DNA of 63,967 nucleotides, counting the filler, from Candidatus Methanoxibalbensis ujae (GTDB lineage Archaea; Halobacteriota; Syntropharchaeia; Alkanophagales; Methanospirareceae), in NCBI GenBank assembly GCA_026134085.1. It is 3 parts of 3 records of this genome, joined end to end, with 100 filler letters (N's around TTAATTAATTAA, not from the genome) between each part and the next. Parts side by side here need not be neighbours in the genome. Positions count along the whole stretch, not along the records: positions 51,214 to 63,967 come from JAOQIN010000048.1; 2 more parts are not named here. The stretch is one strand, 5' to 3'. Of the stretch, positions 61,304-63,967 are shown one piece after another. The number at the start of each line of letters is the position of its first letter. The stretch's first letter is position 1. The position numbers and the translations under genes are program-made. The notes beneath the pieces are model-generated. The model did no database searches. It was not told the origin of the DNA and saw nothing but the letters and a program-made list of their open reading frames with translations.

Positions 61304-63028
61304 ATGGCAGATGTTGTGTTGCGCGTTCAAGGATTGCACAAGAAATATCAGCTGGAAGGGACAGCCAAGGAGATAGAGGCGCTGAGAGGTGTCTCGTTTG
61401 AGGTTGAGAGAGGTGAGACACTCGGCATAATAGGCAGGAGCGGCGCAGGCAAGTCAACGCTGCTGCGCATTGTGAGGGGGCATGAGAGATTTGACGATGG
61501 CATCATAGAGCTTGAGGATGTGAGGGTGACGCCAGATTCGCCATACAGCGATTTCAGGAAATTGCAGGAGAAAACGGCATTTCACATACAGCGCTGTTTT
61601 TCGCTGTGGAATGCTTCGGTCGTGGACAATGTGATAAAGAAGCTGAATGCCCGTCGCACAGGATTTGAGGACATTCCGTATGATCCGATGGAGTACGAGG
61701 AGCTGAAGGAGGAGGCGCTTAAGATTTTGGATCTTGTGGGAATGCGGGAGAAGCAGAAATATTTTTTTCCAATATTGAGCGGTGGAGAGAAGCAGAAGGT
61801 CCTTCTCGCACGTCAACTTGCAAAAGAGCCATCCCTCCTGCTTCTTGATGAGCCAACGACCATGTCAGATCCGCTTGCAAGGAGAGAGCTGCTTGAGAGT
61901 GTGAAAAGTGTGAAAGAGAAGCTCGGAATATCAGTGCTTCTCGTATCGCATATGCCCGAAGTTCACCGCTCCCTGTCGGACAGGCTCATTCTGCTTGAAA
62001 ACGGAAGGATCGTGGACGAAGGAGATGTTGAGCGCATACTGAACAGATTCATGGCGGATATGGAGAGTCCGACATCGCTGAGACCGCTTGATGTGCATTC
62101 CATTGAGAGAGATCCGATACTGCATGTAAATGATCTTTTCAAAAAATACACGCTGTACACATCGCAGACACTGATAAAGACAATAGAAATAGAGCTTGAT
62201 TTCAAGGTGGCGAGAGGAGAGATTCTCGGTATTGTCGGTCCTTCAGCAATGGGAAAGACAGTATTGATGAGGATGCTCTCAGGCATAGAGCGACCGGATG
62301 GGGGAGATATCCTCCTGAATGTTGATGGGAAGTGGGTTGACATCACCACATACGGCAAAGATGCGATGCTCGCGAGGTCGCGCATCGGAATAATGCATCA
62401 GGAGTTCGGCTTCCTCTTCGGCGTCAAGGTGTGGGAGATGTTTGCCCATCGCCTCGGCGTGAAGAGTCTTGAGATGGTGAAGGAAGCTGCTAAAAAGGCG
62501 AAGGAGAAAGGCATAAGCGATGTGACTATGGATGTGCTTATGCGCATCGCAGACCTTCCTGAACTGGAAGCGAAGACGAGACTTGAGGAGATTGGATTGG
62601 ATATGAGCATATTTGATGAGATATTCCCCCAATATCCAGTGAGCGAGGTTGAGAGGCGTGCAAAACCGTTCCTTGATGCAGTGAAACTGCCACTTGAAAT
62701 ACTGCATCGCGAGAATTACGACACGAGCGTCGGTGAGCGCGTGAGAATAGGGATAGCCCTGCACATGTGCACAAAACCCGAGCTCCTCCTGCTCGACGAG
62801 CCCTTCGGCGACCTTGACCCCATATCACTGCGCGCTGTCGCAAACGCACTTAAGGAAATGAACAGAAAGTTCAACACAACAATGCTCGTCGTGAGCCATC
62901 AGCTTGAGGTCGTTGAGGAACTCTGCCATGAGGCAATACTGATGGACGACGGGCATATCATCATGCGCGGCAAACCTGAGGAGGTGTGTGATGCATTTAT
63001 AAGCGGTGAGTTCAAAGAAATTGAATGA
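61304..63028 (+). CDS. soluble dual-NBD ABC ATPase, AtwA (MCR activation component A2)-like
   Basis: Two NBDs (GRSGAGKST/LSGGEKQ/DEP and GPSAMGKT/SVGERVR/DEPFGDLDP), no TM or permease, and AtwA-style ARQLAKEP and IGIMHQE. Confidence 0.7.
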   Translation: MADVVLRVQGLHKKYQLEGTAKEIEALRGVSFEVERGETLGIIGRSGAGKSTLLRIVRGHERFDDGIIELEDVRVTPDSPYSDFRKLQEKTAFHIQRCFSLWNASVVDNVIKKLNARRTGFEDIPYDPMEYEELKEEALKILDLVGMREKQKYFFPILSGGEKQKVLLARQLAKEPSLLLLDEPTTMSDPLARRELLESVKSVKEKLGISVLLVSHMPEVHRSLSDRLILLENGRIVDEGDVERILNRFMADMESPTSLRPLDVHSIERDPILHVNDLFKKYTLYTSQTLIKTIEIELDFKVARGEILGIVGPSAMGKTVLMRMLSGIERPDGGDILLNVDGKWVDITTYGKDAMLARSRIGIMHQEFGFLFGVKVWEMFAHRLGVKSLEMVKEAAKKAKEKGISDVTMDVLMRIADLPELEAKTRLEEIGLDMSIFDEIFPQYPVSEVERRAKPFLDAVKLPLEILHRENYDTSVGERVRIGIALHMCTKPELLLLDEPFGDLDPISLRAVANALKEMNRKFNTTMLVVSHQLEVVEELCHEAILMDDGHIIMRGKPEEVCDAFISGEFKEIE

Positions 63029-63967
63029 ATCTTTTCCTTTATTTCTTATTTTCCTGTTTTTTAACTATAATAATTATAGTTTTGATTATAATTTTCTGCG
63101 AAAGCTTATCCACTATTACCATATAAATAATGAGGGGAGAAAAGAACTCAATTAAGAAATTTGAGGAGATCAGAGATTTATTGAAGCTGTTGATGCGATT
63201 GAGATGTCTTTAGGTAAAAAAGTGGAACAGGGGGGGATATGTCTGCTTCCGAGAATGTCTGCTTCCGAGAATAAAGGAGGAAGACCACTTGAGCTCTCTA
63301 TTGAGAAGGAAGAGCCTGATAAGCTGGACGACTAAAAAAGGTGATTATCAATTATGTCAGAAAGGTCAGATGCTGAGAGACTGAAGATGATCTGAGACGA
63401 GAGGATGCGGAAAGGTAAAGTATTGAAAGGTGGCTGAAGATGAAGGAGAGGGATCCTGGGTAATAGAGATGAGAGCTCGCCACAACAGCTAAGTTGGAGT
63501 CTGGAGCTTCGATAAGCCTAAAAAGAGGATGAGCGCAAACACAATAGCAATAGGTATTGAGTAATGATTTCATTGGAGGACTCAAAGAAGGACAGCTCAG
63601 ATCCTTGAGGGAAATAAGGGATACAGGAATACAGGTTATAGCGATTGTTGAGATTTCGGGGTTCGGTTGCCTCCATCACTCTTAACCAATAGAGTTCAGG
63701 ATGATCATATCATCGTCTATTGTGGAAGATATAAATTGAGGAGATAAAAGAACATTCCGCGAACTTGCGGAGAGACAATCTTTTGCTACCTCATGGATCT
63801 TATCCCCTTCGCATGGATTTAGTTTTGCAAATCTAATAAAATAGAATTAAGGCTCATGTTCGTGGATTATCGGAGGAAGATCAAACGGGATTTCTCGTTC
63901 AGCAGTAATCTCAACCAGCCCTTACGCCTCCTCATTACCTTAACTCTCAAGCTTTTATATTCCCAAA

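Noticed and set aside
273..62849. Numerous antisense or overlapping ORFs in the track (e.g. 8601-9209, 21434-22174, 33514-34194, 42114-42689)
   Set aside because: They lie opposite well-supported genes, have S/F/L-rich shadow composition and show no motifs.
63030..63967. Genes or IS remnant in the last 0.9 kb
   Set aside because: Only short broken frames and one weak FGNIK motif at the window edge; not enough to call.

Overview
Archaeal DNA, most likely from a methane- or alkane-oxidising Methanophagales/ANME-1-like lineage. Indicators are an HdrA-like flavoprotein, an FrhB-like protein, an MCR-type YcaO, an AtwA-like ATPase, DGGGP and archaetidylserine synthases, and a surface-protein C-terminal domain typical of ANME-1. 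The window is three contigs joined by artificial 100-nt N/TTAATTAATTAA spacers (26218-26317, 51114-51213). Contig 1 carries the hdrA-like 3' end, two SPFH genes, a decayed surface-protein gene, a plasmid/virus remnant, a glycosyltransferase, GNAT, pheA, an orphan ABC ATPase, two IS630 relics, a divergent XPB + p52/Tfb2-like partner pair, an MBL hydrolase, argB, PLD, PflX and CooC. Contig 2 is strongly GATC-depleted and may come from a different genome. It carries tRNA-Lys, a radical SAM-ubiquitin-like (GG) fusion next to YcaO and an unannotated Zn-finger micro-protein ending GGG, an archaellum cluster (arlB, C/D/E-like, G, F, H, I, J) with REC-HEAT and CheF-like genes, DNA ligase and a second GNAT. 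Contig 3 is housekeeping: DUF106, pantoate kinase, DUF89, DGGGPS, argH, frhB-like, porAB, pssA and atwA-like. The best candidates for undescribed systems are the rSAM-Ubl/YcaO/Zn-GGG locus and the TFIIH-like XPB/p52(-p8) pair. All family calls are by-eye motif recognition; no searches were run.
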